From Conexivisphaerales archaeon (GTDB lineage: Archaea; Thermoproteota; Nitrososphaeria; Conexivisphaerales; DTJL01): 64,000 nucleotides of DNA. Where the stretch lies: contig JAVYTR010000007.1 in assembly GCA_038728585.1 (NCBI GenBank), positions 25,680-89,679 of the forward strand. Reading direction: 5' to 3'. Of the stretch, positions 45,924-55,470 are shown piece by piece (the first letter of the stretch is position 1; each line of letters starts with the position of its first letter). The notes below the pieces were generated by a model, which was not told the origin of the DNA, searched no databases, and saw only the letters and a list, made by a program, of their open reading frames with translations. A program made the translations under genes and the position numbers.

Positions 45924-46787
45924 TTGAGTAAAGCAGACCAAGTTTTGCTTGGTGTTCACGTTTCTATCTCAGGCTCTATCGACTTAGCTGTAGATAGAGC
46001 TCTGACTCTTGGCTGCACAACATTTCAGATGTTCACAAGAAACCCTCAGGGATGGAAGTACGCAGAGCTCGCTGAAGAATCAGTAAAACTCTTCAAGTCA
46101 AAGCTGAAGAAGAGCAACATAAAAGTCGCTGTTGACCATATGCCGTATCTTCCAAATCTATCTTCACCTGTAGACAGCATATACCAGAAGTCGCTCGAGG
46201 CACTCACCGTGGAGCTGAGGAGGGCAGACTCTCTCAATCTGCAGGAGCTGGTGGTGCACCTCGGGAGCCACATGGGTAAAGGACTAGCATACGGGCAGAG
46301 AAGGCTTGCTGAAGCTGTCAGAAAGGCGCTGAATGAAGCTGAACCTTCGTGCCACCTGTTGCTCGAAAACATGTCAGGACAGAAAAATGCAGTAGGTGCA
46401 AGCATAGACGACCTGTCAAAGATTATGAAACTCATAGGAGATGATGAGAGGGTTGGTGTATGCCTGGATACATGCCATCTTTACGCCGCTGGTTATGACA
46501 TAACTACAGAATCAGGGATTGACAAATTGCTCGAAGATTTTGACAGTATGATAGGGATTGACAGGCTCAGGGTTGTGCATCTGAACGATTCGAAGGGTGA
46601 GCTGGGTTCAGGACTTGACAGGCACGAAAACATAGGCAAAGGCTACATAGGGAAGAAAGGGTTCAAAAATATTCTTGCCAGGGAGGAGATAACATCCAAG
46701 CCTCTGATACTTGAAACACCAGTTGGAAGCGAAGAAGACTACAGGACTGATATGAAGACTGTTAGGGAGCTTCTCAAAGACTGCTAG
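45924..46787 (+). CDS. nfo: endonuclease IV (AP endonuclease family 2)
   Basis: Blocks VVHLGSH, LLENMSGQ and VVHLNDSKGELGSGLDRHENIGKGYIG. Confidence 0.85.
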   Translation: MSKADQVLLGVHVSISGSIDLAVDRALTLGCTTFQMFTRNPQGWKYAELAEESVKLFKSKLKKSNIKVAVDHMPYLPNLSSPVDSIYQKSLEALTVELRRADSLNLQELVVHLGSHMGKGLAYGQRRLAEAVRKALNEAEPSCHLLLENMSGQKNAVGASIDDLSKIMKLIGDDERVGVCLDTCHLYAAGYDITTESGIDKLLEDFDSMIGIDRLRVVHLNDSKGELGSGLDRHENIGKGYIGKKGFKNILAREEITSKPLILETPVGSEEDYRTDMKTVRELLKDC

Positions 46788-46844
46788 CATTTAGATGTAC
46801 GTTTGATATGTCTATAAGTACATGCATCCATCCATCCATGCATA

Positions 46845-47633
46845 TCAGAACTCTTTCTTGACGTTTAACTTCCCTGTTATTCTGTATTTCATCACGTCAA
46901 GCTTCAGAAGTTGGATTGCGAGAGCCGGGTCGACCCCTTTGGGGCAGACAAGAGAACATGCTCCTGCAAATTCACAACCCCAGACCCCGTTCATGTCGTC
47001 AACTATCTCCAGTCTCTCCTTTTCTCCCTGGTCCCTTGAGTCGTTGTTGTACCTGTACGCTTGGGCCAGAGCTTGGGGTCCTAGGTAAAGGGGGTTTGTA
47101 TTCGAGATTGGACAGGCATCAACACACAATCCGCATTTTATGCAGTATGAGAAAGGAAGGTAATAGTCGAGCTGCCTTCTTGTCTGAGTGTACTCTTTTT
47201 CGGCCCTGAACTTCTCCTCAACATCATCCCTTATCAGCCATGGCTTCACAGACCTGTGTTTTCTGAAGAATTCTTCGAAATCTGTTACCAAGTCCTTAAG
47301 AATGGGATGCGCCTCCATCGGGCCGACTTCAATCCTCTCACTGCCGAGCGAAAAGATGTTTGTTTCGCAGGCAAGCCTTGGTTTGTTGTTTATCACCATG
47401 GCGCAGGAGCCACATATACCCATCCTGCAGCTGTATCTTATGCTCAGTGTGTTATCCTGCCAGGCTTTTATGGTAAGAAGTGCATCAAGCACAGTGGTGA
47501 ACCTGTCAGCCTTAACCCTGAACTCCTGAACTTCGAATTCATTCGAAGAAGCAGATGACCTCTTTACAGCTATAGTGAATTCCCTGATCTCCTTTGACGC
47601 AGCCTTCTGCTCTGTCAACTGCTGAGCCGTCAA
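46845..47633 (-). CDS. sdhB: succinate dehydrogenase iron-sulfur subunit
   Basis: 2Fe-2S motif CRMGICGSC, 4Fe-4S motif CIKCGLCVDACP, 3Fe-4S motif CSLVCPKG. Confidence 0.85.
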   Translation of the reverse strand: MTAQQLTEQKAASKEIREFTIAVKRSSASSNEFEVQEFRVKADRFTTVLDALLTIKAWQDNTLSIRYSCRMGICGSCAMVINNKPRLACETNIFSLGSERIEVGPMEAHPILKDLVTDFEEFFRKHRSVKPWLIRDDVEEKFRAEKEYTQTRRQLDYYLPFSYCIKCGLCVDACPISNTNPLYLGPQALAQAYRYNNDSRDQGEKERLEIVDDMNGVWGCEFAGACSLVCPKGVDPALAIQLLKLDVMKYRITGKLNVKKEF

Positions 47634-47857
47634 TTTTCTGCCTTCACTTCCCCGTGGCCAGAATGCAGGTATATTGCCCTTATGGCAACTGCACCATAGA
47701 TTATTGAACCGAGAGCTATGAGAAAGTTGATTATGTATCTAACTGTTTGGGCTGCGGAAAAAGGAGCCAAGACCGAAGATATTATCAGCAGCACAGGTAG
47801 GCCTATCATCGTTATGTAGCCGAAAAGCATTATGTATGCAGCCTTCAACTCCACCAC
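47630..47857 (-). CDS. small succinate dehydrogenase membrane anchor subunit (SdhD-like)
   Basis: 75 aa with two TM helices. Overlaps both flanking sdh genes (4 nt and 13 nt). The call is based on position only. Confidence 0.45.
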   Translation of the reverse strand: MVELKAAYIMLFGYITMIGLPVLLIISSVLAPFSAAQTVRYIINFLIALGSIIYGAVAIRAIYLHSGHGEVKAEN

Positions 47858-48273
47858 CCCAGAATTGCTACCAAAGCTACAACCCAGAGCAAACCTACTA
47901 TGTAGGGGATTGCTTGGTAAAGGTTCACCATGCTATCACCATATCTCTTCCTTATGAGTGAAACATATTCGTCGTTCAACCTACCAAACACCATGCCTCT
48001 TGACCAGCTCATCGATAGCCCTTTCACAGTTTCGATAAACTGTGGTGTGATGAGAAGCCAGAACAGCACTGTGGCTACCCTTGAAGCAAGTAAAATGCTG
48101 GAGTTCTGATGCACCAGCAAGGAATAGAAGAGAAAGATGCCGTAGATTATCGAATAGAACGCAAGCACCCTGTTGAAAAGCATATGTATGAACGATGCTC
48201 TGTAGAATCGAATCAGCCTTGCAATCCTTCTCTGTCCGTCTCTCATATCCTTCAACTTCTTCTGCTGACTCAT
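47845..48273 (-). CDS. succinate dehydrogenase membrane anchor subunit (SdhC-like)
   Basis: About 142 aa from ATG 48273, which overlaps the sdhA stop (TGATG). Three TM helices. The call is based on position only. Confidence 0.45.
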   Translation of the reverse strand: MSQQKKLKDMRDGQRRIARLIRFYRASFIHMLFNRVLAFYSIIYGIFLFYSLLVHQNSSILLASRVATVLFWLLITPQFIETVKGLSMSWSRGMVFGRLNDEYVSLIRKRYGDSMVNLYQAIPYIVGLLWVVALVAILGWWS

Positions 48274-50018
48274 CAGTAGACCCTCTCCATTGGCTGCCAC
48301 TTGGTTATTTTAACGGGTGAATAAGCTATTCTGGGCAAAGTATCTGTCCTGAATGCAAGGGTATGCTTGAGGAAGTTTGCATCATCCCTCTTAGGGTACT
48401 CCTCCATCGCATGGGAGCCTCTGCTCTCTCTCCTTGATATCGCACCTTCAACAACTACCTGAGCAAGTTCTATCATGTTTCCTATCTCTATGGCATCCCT
48501 CAGGTTGCTGTTGAAGACTCTGCCTTTATCCTTGACATATATATCCTGATACCTCTTCCTGAGCTCCAGAAGCTTATTTCTGGCAACCTCAAGCCCTGCA
48601 ACTGTCCTGTATACATACACATAATTGTCCATGGTCTCCCATAGCTCCTTTCTCAGCTGGTATGGATTTTCTGAACCAGAAGCTGTTTCGTATCTCTCCA
48701 GCTCCCTGCTTGCTGCTCCTATCAGGTCCTGAACCAGCTTTGTCTGCTGCGGGTCTGCGTTTTTCAGCGCATAACTTGCAGCTTCCTCGCCTGTCACCCT
48801 CCCCCAGATCACGCACTGGCTCAGGGAATTGCTTCCAAGTCTGTTTGCTCCGTGCACACTGACACATCCGCATTCACCAGCTGCCCAGAGCCCCTTTACA
48901 GGTGTACCTTTTTCATCGAGCAGAACTTGACCGTATATGTTAGAATGTATGCCTCCCATCGTGTGGTGTGCAGCAGGCCTTACAGGTATAGGCTCATCTG
49001 CAGGGTTTGTGCCAAGAGTCTTCATCACAAGCTCCTTGATCATTGGCAACCTTTCGTTTATCTTATCCTCACCCAGATGCCTGAGGTCAAGCAGGACATG
49101 TTTTAGACCACTCGCTTCATGGGTCAGGCCTCTACCCTGCCTTATCTCTGTTATCATAGCTCTTGAAACTATATCCCTCGGTGCAAGCTCCATCAGTTTC
49201 TTTGCATAGTTCTCCATGAACCTCTTTCCTTCAGAGTTCAGCAGGTAGCCGCCTTCACCCCTTGCAGCCTCTGTAATCAGAACCCCGCTCGGCACCAGCC
49301 CTGTAGGGTGGAACTGTGTAAATTCCATGTCCTTTGTGGGAATACCTGCCTTGTATGCTATTGCAATACCATCTCCAGTGCTCGAATATGCTGTTGTCGT
49401 GAAACCGAAGAACCTTGATGCACCGCCAGTAGCTATTATCCCTGCCTTGGCAAGAAATACCTTATGCTCACCTGTAGCCAGGTCAAAAGAGTAGAAGCCT
49501 TTGAACTCACCATCTGCCAGAAGAAGTTTCGTCACATAATGTTCATGAAATATCTCTACATCCCTGAAGGAGAGCAGGTTGTCGTAAAGAGCACTCAGCA
49601 TAAAGAATCCAGTCTTGTCTGCAGCAAAAGCTGTTCTAGGAACACTCATCCCTCCAAAAGCTCTCAGTATTATCTTACCTTCATCATTTCTGTTCCATGG
49701 CACCCCCAGGTGATCGAAGAACCTTATCTCCTTTGGTGCTTCATTCACCAGAAATTCTATTGCATCCTGGTCGCCAAGATAATCGCTCCCCTTGGCTGTA
49801 TCAAACCCATGAAGCTCTATCGAATCTCCATTCTCTCCAGGATAAAGCACTCCGGATATCCCTCCTTCAGCAGATACTGAGTGGCTTCTCATTGCATGAA
49901 GCTTTGAAACGAGTGCTATCTTCAGCGAACCATTTGAGATTCTCGCTGCCTGAAGAGCAGCCCTCATACCTGCAAGACCACTGCCTACTATGACTACGTC
50001 AAATTCCAGAACTTGCAT
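48273..50018 (-). CDS. sdhA: succinate dehydrogenase flavoprotein subunit
   Basis: FAD motif VVIVGSGLAGMRAAL, the HS segment for covalent FAD (RSHSVSAEGG), FHPTG, and HGANRLGSNSL. Confidence 0.9.
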   Translation of the reverse strand: MQVLEFDVVIVGSGLAGMRAALQAARISNGSLKIALVSKLHAMRSHSVSAEGGISGVLYPGENGDSIELHGFDTAKGSDYLGDQDAIEFLVNEAPKEIRFFDHLGVPWNRNDEGKIILRAFGGMSVPRTAFAADKTGFFMLSALYDNLLSFRDVEIFHEHYVTKLLLADGEFKGFYSFDLATGEHKVFLAKAGIIATGGASRFFGFTTTAYSSTGDGIAIAYKAGIPTKDMEFTQFHPTGLVPSGVLITEAARGEGGYLLNSEGKRFMENYAKKLMELAPRDIVSRAMITEIRQGRGLTHEASGLKHVLLDLRHLGEDKINERLPMIKELVMKTLGTNPADEPIPVRPAAHHTMGGIHSNIYGQVLLDEKGTPVKGLWAAGECGCVSVHGANRLGSNSLSQCVIWGRVTGEEAASYALKNADPQQTKLVQDLIGAASRELERYETASGSENPYQLRKELWETMDNYVYVYRTVAGLEVARNKLLELRKRYQDIYVKDKGRVFNSNLRDAIEIGNMIELAQVVVEGAISRRESRGSHAMEEYPKRDDANFLKHTLAFRTDTLPRIAYSPVKITKWQPMERVY

Positions 50019-50077
50019 CTCTCAGCTGGGCTTCGGGGGCTGCCGTATAGGTTTTTCTGATTTAATGTTTAACATAA

Positions 50078-50332
50078 TCAGGAATAGCTAGGTGCCTGCT
50101 TCTTCCTGATCAGCTCCTTTGGTACACTTGCAAGCCTGACCACGTTGCTGCTCTGAATCATGTATATAGGCAGACCAGTGTTTGGGTCGTTGCCAACCCT
50201 GAATATTGCACTTACTATGCTCTTGTACATCAGAACACTTCCGTCCTTCAGCTTCAGCTTTATCCAGTGGTCCTCTCCTTCTGCTTCAAAATCAACCAGT
50301 TCTCCTCCTTGCGGCATTATAGGTGCGCTCAA
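50078..50332 (-). CDS. small conserved-looking hypothetical protein
   Basis: 84 aa, soluble, beta-rich (WIKLKLKDGSVLMYKSIVSAIFRV). No family recognised. Confidence 0.3.
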   Translation of the reverse strand: MSAPIMPQGGELVDFEAEGEDHWIKLKLKDGSVLMYKSIVSAIFRVGNDPNTGLPIYMIQSSNVVRLASVPKELIRKKQAPSYS

Positions 50333-50432
50333 TCCTTTTCTACCAATCAGCAGATAAGGGATTGATTTAAAGAGTTTCGTCTCCTTACACTCATCTTAAT
50401 TAATCCATGCATCAGTAGGCTCTGCGCCGAAG

Positions 50433-51230
50433 ATGGCAAAGGTAAAAATTCTTGTGAGCAACGACGATGGCCCATCAAGTCCTGGGGTTCAAGCCTTAGT
50501 GAAATCTCTTTCAGAATTTGCCGAGGTATATCCTGTCATTCCTGAAACACCCAGAAGTGGAACTAGCATGAGCCTAACATTCCACAAGCCTCTGAGGATA
50601 AGGGAGGTTTCTGTAGCAGGAAGAAGGGGCTACCTTGTTTCTGGCAATCCCGCGGATTCTGTAATGATGGCTCTCAACAGGATACTTGAGTCAAGACCGG
50701 ATGTAATGGCTTCAGGGATAAACATAGGAGACAATACAGGCCTGCAGGATGTCTTTGCATCAGGTACTGTGCAGGCTGCAATACAGGCAGCCTTCGCAGG
50801 AATTCCTTCTGTTGCCTTCTCGATGCAGATACAGGAGGCTGCCATCTTCTCCCCAGCTGAAGCAAAGGGTAACTTTCAAGCAGCATCTGACTGGGCATGC
50901 AGAATAATAAAATGGATAGCCTATGAGGGGCTCCCAGAAGGGGTTGACCTGCTTAACGTGAACTTCCCCCTCAGAGTCAGCAAAGATACCAGGGTGGTTG
51001 TAGCCAGGCTTGCCAAGAAGAAGTATCAGAACTATGTTGAACAGAGGCTTGACCCCAGAGGCAGACCATATTACTGGGTCTGGGGAAAAAGGCTGGAGAA
51101 GTATGAAGAGGGTACAGATGCCTATGCTGTCCTTGAGCGAGGTTTCATATCTGTAACACCACTCAAGGTAGACCTCACAGCATCCGATGCAGACCTTGAA
51201 AGACTGATCAAGCACCTCGCTTCTCATTGA
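50433..51230 (+). CDS. surE: 5'/3'-nucleotidase SurE
   Basis: N-terminal motif ILVSNDDGPSSPG, block SGINIGDN, 265 aa. Confidence 0.85.
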   Translation: MAKVKILVSNDDGPSSPGVQALVKSLSEFAEVYPVIPETPRSGTSMSLTFHKPLRIREVSVAGRRGYLVSGNPADSVMMALNRILESRPDVMASGINIGDNTGLQDVFASGTVQAAIQAAFAGIPSVAFSMQIQEAAIFSPAEAKGNFQAASDWACRIIKWIAYEGLPEGVDLLNVNFPLRVSKDTRVVVARLAKKKYQNYVEQRLDPRGRPYYWVWGKRLEKYEEGTDAYAVLERGFISVTPLKVDLTASDADLERLIKHLASH

Positions 51231-51266
51231 TAACGTTTAACTTCTCTCTTTCTATCTTGCAAGCGC

Positions 51267-51806
51267 ATGAAGGAGAGGTCTTTACTGTCGAGCAGAGTAG
51301 TCTACAGAGGCAGGCATATAGCTGTGAGGGAGGATGATGTTAAAGAAGATGGTAATCTGCATCGTTATGAGATAGTTGAACACCCTGGTGCAGTTGCTGT
51401 ACTGGTGGTCGACGAGAAAGACGGATGCCTAATCTTTGAAAGACAGTACAGGTACAGCCTTAAAGAATATCTGTACGAGATTCCTGCTGGTACTCTTGAA
51501 GAAGGAGAGCAGCCTGAAAGGTGTGCAAGAAGGGAGCTAATGGAGGAGACTGGCTATCTTGGTGAAGATATGAGGAGGCTTGTGAGTATAAGGACTTCTC
51601 CAGGTTACACCAACGAAATTCTTCACATATTCTACTGCAGAGCTTCAGGCAGAATTGAAAGCAGGCCAGAGGTTGATGAGGAGATAGAAGTTGTAAAGCT
51701 GAAGCCTAAGGATGTAGGTATGATGGTGAAGAATGGCGAGATAGTTGATTCAAAGACTCTGGCTGCACTTCTTGTCGCAGAAGCTCTCAGGCTTGTGGAG
51801 CTGTGA
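51267..51806 (+). CDS. NUDIX hydrolase (ADP-ribose pyrophosphatase-like)
   Basis: Nudix box GTLEEGEQPERCARRELMEETGY. Confidence 0.85.
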   Translation: MKERSLLSSRVVYRGRHIAVREDDVKEDGNLHRYEIVEHPGAVAVLVVDEKDGCLIFERQYRYSLKEYLYEIPAGTLEEGEQPERCARRELMEETGYLGEDMRRLVSIRTSPGYTNEILHIFYCRASGRIESRPEVDEEIEVVKLKPKDVGMMVKNGEIVDSKTLAALLVAEALRLVEL

Positions 51807-52824
51807 CCTGTGCAGCCTCCTTCTGCTTTGCAGTAGGCTCAGCCAAAGTACTATGCTCGAATGCAGGAGCGCTGGGTTGCAGAAGTTTCTTTATCCTGTT
51901 AGCTGCAGTTGCTGCTTGTCCGAATCCAACTGCAAGAAGGTTCTGCCTGAAACCTGACCTGGGTGACGCTACATCGCCTGCTGCAAATATACCTGGAATG
52001 CTTGTCTGCTGCAGGTCATCGACAAGCAATCCTCTGTTATCCATCTCTATCCCCCATTTCTTCATTATGCTGAGGTCTGCCTTGTATCCTACCAGCACCA
52101 GTATATCATCGACCTGAAGACTTTCATCTGAGTTAGTTTGGGTGTTTGTCACAACTGCTCTCTCTACCCATTCGTTTCCTTGCACAGCTTTCAGTACATA
52201 GAAGAGCTTAACCTTGACGTTTGAATGCATCAGCTCGTCTACAGACTTTTCGTGAGCTCTGAAGACATCTCTTCTGTGAATGAGGGTTGTATCTGAAGCG
52301 ATATCCTTAAGATGAAGGGCCCAGTCAACTGCTGAATCTCCTCCGCCTACTATCAGCAGCCTCTTGCCTCTGAACCTCTCCGGGTCCCTTACGTAGTAAA
52401 ATACCCCTTTTCCTTCGAACTGAGGTATACCTTCAGCCTCAACCTTGTTCGGGCTGAAAGTCCCTATGCCAGTTGTTACAAGTATGGCCTTGCACCGGTA
52501 GGTCGATTTGTCAGTAGTTACCTCGAAATCCAGTTCACCCCTCTTTGCTATGTTCAGAACCTTTTCTCCCAGCCTGACTGCGGGGTTGTATTTCATCGCC
52601 TGCTTTACCAGATTGCTTACGAGTTCCTTTCCGGTAATTTCATAGAATCCTGGCATATCGTATATGTATTTGTCAGGGTAGAGAAACGTTATCTGCCCGC
52701 CAAGGTCCTCCGTAGCTTCTATCAACAGAACGTCAAGGTCCCTGAAGCCGGCATAATAGGTGCTGAAAAGTCCTATGGGCCCTCCTCCGATGACTATTAC
52801 GTCGTAAACCTTGTCTGAACTCAA
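51787..52824 (-). CDS. thioredoxin-reductase-like ferredoxin-NADP+ reductase (YumC type)
   Basis: FAD motif VIVIGGGPIGL, LGGQITFLYPDKYIYDMPGF, NADP motif IVGGGDSAVDWA, FAAGDV. The 3' end overlaps the convergent NUDIX gene by 20 nt. Confidence 0.75.
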   Translation of the reverse strand: MSSDKVYDVIVIGGGPIGLFSTYYAGFRDLDVLLIEATEDLGGQITFLYPDKYIYDMPGFYEITGKELVSNLVKQAMKYNPAVRLGEKVLNIAKRGELDFEVTTDKSTYRCKAILVTTGIGTFSPNKVEAEGIPQFEGKGVFYYVRDPERFRGKRLLIVGGGDSAVDWALHLKDIASDTTLIHRRDVFRAHEKSVDELMHSNVKVKLFYVLKAVQGNEWVERAVVTNTQTNSDESLQVDDILVLVGYKADLSIMKKWGIEMDNRGLLVDDLQQTSIPGIFAAGDVASPRSGFRQNLLAVGFGQAATAANRIKKLLQPSAPAFEHSTLAEPTAKQKEAAQVTAPQA

Positions 52825-52983
52825 GGCCCGAGGGCAGGGGCGGTTTGCACCTTCTATTTACCTTTCTGGTAGAATAGGAGCGATGACATATAATAACGAT
52901 AGCAATAGTAATAACATAAACCCAACAACGATTCTTCAAAGCTTCAGTTCCAGAAAGGCTTATAACCTGAATGGATAGCAATA

Positions 52984-53388
52984 TTGTGTTTGTCCGATTC
53001 AAAAGATAAATTGGATGATGTAATCTCGGAGCTTAAGAAGCTTAACGAAGCGCTTGCAAAACCTCCTTCCCCGCCTCCTCCAAAGGGGCTATGGAATGAA
53101 TTCAAGGCGTTTCTTGGGAAAGGGGGAGTCTTGGCATTGGCAGTTGGTTTCATAATGGGTACATACATCGGCAAGGTGGTGTCAGCATTGGTGTTCGACA
53201 TAATAATGCCTATTCCTGGAGCTCTTACACCTGGAGGCAACTGGCAGAATGCAACTTTTACTGTTGCCATAGGGAATGGCATGAAGTTCGCAGTAGGAGA
53301 CTTTGTAGCAAACGTTGTTAACTTTCTCATCGTTGCTGTTGTAGTCTTCTTTATAGTCAGGTATGCAACAAAGCTGGGAATAAAGTGA
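52984..53388 (+). CDS. mscL: large-conductance mechanosensitive channel
   Basis: Core EFKAFLGKGGVLALAVGFIMGTYIGKVVSALVFDIIMPIPG plus a second TM helix. Has an unusual N-terminal leader of about 35 aa containing PPSPPPP; the start is uncertain. Confidence 0.8.
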   Translation: MCLSDSKDKLDDVISELKKLNEALAKPPSPPPPKGLWNEFKAFLGKGGVLALAVGFIMGTYIGKVVSALVFDIIMPIPGALTPGGNWQNATFTVAIGNGMKFAVGDFVANVVNFLIVAVVVFFIVRYATKLGIK

Positions 53389-53437
53389 TGCTTTACAAAA
53401 TACGTTATTAAAAGAGCATTTCCAGGCAAGAGCTACG

Positions 53438-54379
53438 ATGAAGCATCCCTTCAGCAGCGTTGAGGACTATGAAGCGCAGCCAGGCCTGACAAGGGACCTG
53501 CTTAAGAAGATGAAGTTGGCAGGAGGCTTTCAGGCATCCCATCTCGGCAGAGCGGCTGATATACTGCGTACCATGTGGTACGATAAGAAATGCACAAGAA
53601 TGCTCTCCTTCACTGCAGATATAGTATCGACAGGCCTCAGGGGAGTTCTCAGACAGCTTGTGAGAGAGGGCACTGCTGACATGATAATCACGACGTGCGG
53701 AACTCTGGACCATGATATTGCCAGGTCTGTTGGAGAGTATCTTGAAGGGGATTTTTCATTCGATGATAGGGAGCTTCTGAAAAGAGGTTATCACAGGCTA
53801 GGTAATGTGCTTATACCCAGACAGGCATACGGACCTGCAATAGAAAGATTCATGCAGAAGATGCTGGAAGAGAAATTCTCCTCATCCACATCACCAATAC
53901 CACCCCACCAGATCATCTGGGAGGCTGGCAAGAGATTGGACGAAAAGTCGATATTATACTGGGCCTACAAAAAAAGCATACCTGTAATAGTGCCCGGCAT
54001 ATTCGACGGAGCTTTTGGTTCACAGCTCTGGCTCTTCTATCAGTCCCACAGAAGATTTCAGGTTGACATGATGGCAGACCAGCAGCTCATCGCTGATACA
54101 GTATTCAGCTCGCAAAAGCTCGGGGCTCTGATACTCGGAGGGGGAATCTCAAAGCACCACACCATCTGGTGGGCTCAATTCAAGAGCGGGCTTGATTTCG
54201 CTGTATATGTAACCACAGCTACTGAATATGATGGAAGCCTATCAGGCGCGCAGCTCAGAGAGGCGATAAGCTGGTCGAAGGTGAAGCCGAAGGCAAAGCA
54301 AGTAACTGTCATAGGGGATGCAACTGTGATTCTTCCACTTCTTGTATCTGCTTCTCTTAAAAAAACGGGTAACGTTTAA
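53438..54379 (+). CDS. dys: deoxyhypusine synthase
   Basis: 313 aa. Blocks SFTADIVSTGLR, ITTCGTLDHDI and LILGGGISKHH. Confidence 0.85.
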   Translation: MKHPFSSVEDYEAQPGLTRDLLKKMKLAGGFQASHLGRAADILRTMWYDKKCTRMLSFTADIVSTGLRGVLRQLVREGTADMIITTCGTLDHDIARSVGEYLEGDFSFDDRELLKRGYHRLGNVLIPRQAYGPAIERFMQKMLEEKFSSSTSPIPPHQIIWEAGKRLDEKSILYWAYKKSIPVIVPGIFDGAFGSQLWLFYQSHRRFQVDMMADQQLIADTVFSSQKLGALILGGGISKHHTIWWAQFKSGLDFAVYVTTATEYDGSLSGAQLREAISWSKVKPKAKQVTVIGDATVILPLLVSASLKKTGNV

Positions 54380-54409
54380 TTTAATAGTATCCCCTGTTTA
54401 TCTTCTACC

Positions 54410-55387
54410 GTGAAAGACCCCTTCGAGTTTCTGGCGAAGGATTATCTGCCATGGATGAAGGGTCTGGTCTCTATAGACCTCTCCCAAAGAGGTTATAGCC
54501 AGTCCAAGATATCAACGATGCTAGGGGTTACCCAGCCATCCATAAACTACTATCTCAGGAAGGAGAAGAAGGAGTACTTGAGCAGACTTCAGAGGATAGG
54601 TCTTACCGAGCAGAGCATCAAGGAACAGGAAGGCGAATTCAGGGAAGCAGTTGTCGCAGGGGGCTCCGAAGGGATGCTCAGGACGATGCAGGTGATGCTC
54701 AATGCATTAGCAAGCGGAGAGCTGTGCAATTACCACAAGAAGGTCTACCGTGCACCATCTGACTGTGATGCATGCATGAGGCTCTGGGGGTCTGGCGACC
54801 AGAAGGAGAGAAGCAGAATAGTTTCATCGTTGAACAGAGCTGTTTCTGTTCTGGAGAGCTCTAGCACATTTCCGCTGCTCATACCTGAGGTGAACACGAA
54901 TTTCGTCCTTGCAGCAAGGGATGCGAGAAGCGAGAAGGACGTAGCTGGGATAGAGGGGAGAATTGTGAAGTTAAGAGGAATGGCTAGAGCCATGAGTGGA
55001 GCAGAGTTCGGAGGAAGCGGTCATCTTGCCTCCGTATTGCTTGCCGTTAAGAAATTCTTCCCCAAGATAAATTCAGCCATGAACATCAGGTATGATAGAG
55101 CCATACACGAAATACTGACCTCTCTGCACTGGAAGCTGCTAGAGCTGCCAGCCAGCGAACCTTTGACCTCTGAACAGATCCCTCATCTGGTCGAAGAGAG
55201 GCTCTCGGAAATGTGCAGAAACGGCAAGATTACTAGCCTGGATGCTGTAACTCATGCTGGAAGCATAGGTATCGAGCCTTCAACTTACATCTTTGGAGCG
55301 GATACTGAAGAGGTGCTCAGGAAGGTTCTGGACCTGGCTGCGGCGTATGCATCAAGGAGGACGGAAACGGTTCATAACAGGCATTAA
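54410..55387 (+). CDS. HTH + ThiN-domain protein (ThiR-like regulator or thiamine-phosphate synthase ThiN)
   Basis: N-terminal HTH GYSQSKISTMLGVTQPSINYYLRK. The C-terminal ThiN-like block is PLLIPEVNTNFVLAARDARSEKDVAGIEGRIVKL. Confidence 0.5.
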   Translation: MKDPFEFLAKDYLPWMKGLVSIDLSQRGYSQSKISTMLGVTQPSINYYLRKEKKEYLSRLQRIGLTEQSIKEQEGEFREAVVAGGSEGMLRTMQVMLNALASGELCNYHKKVYRAPSDCDACMRLWGSGDQKERSRIVSSLNRAVSVLESSSTFPLLIPEVNTNFVLAARDARSEKDVAGIEGRIVKLRGMARAMSGAEFGGSGHLASVLLAVKKFFPKINSAMNIRYDRAIHEILTSLHWKLLELPASEPLTSEQIPHLVEERLSEMCRNGKITSLDAVTHAGSIGIEPSTYIFGADTEEVLRKVLDLAAAYASRRTETVHNRH

Positions 55388-55470
55388 TTTTGAAAAAATC
55401 ATATTATATACTGTGTCAACATCATAAAACCTAATTCTTTTATAACCCCACCTTCTGGAGAGCACACCTA

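Noticed and set aside
46822-46846. The catgcatccatccatccatgcat tract between nfo and sdhB, considered as a possible hairpin terminator or repeat element.
   Set aside because: The two ATGCAT copies are individually palindromic but do not form a stem with each other. This is just a short (CATC)n-type simple repeat in a convergent spacer.
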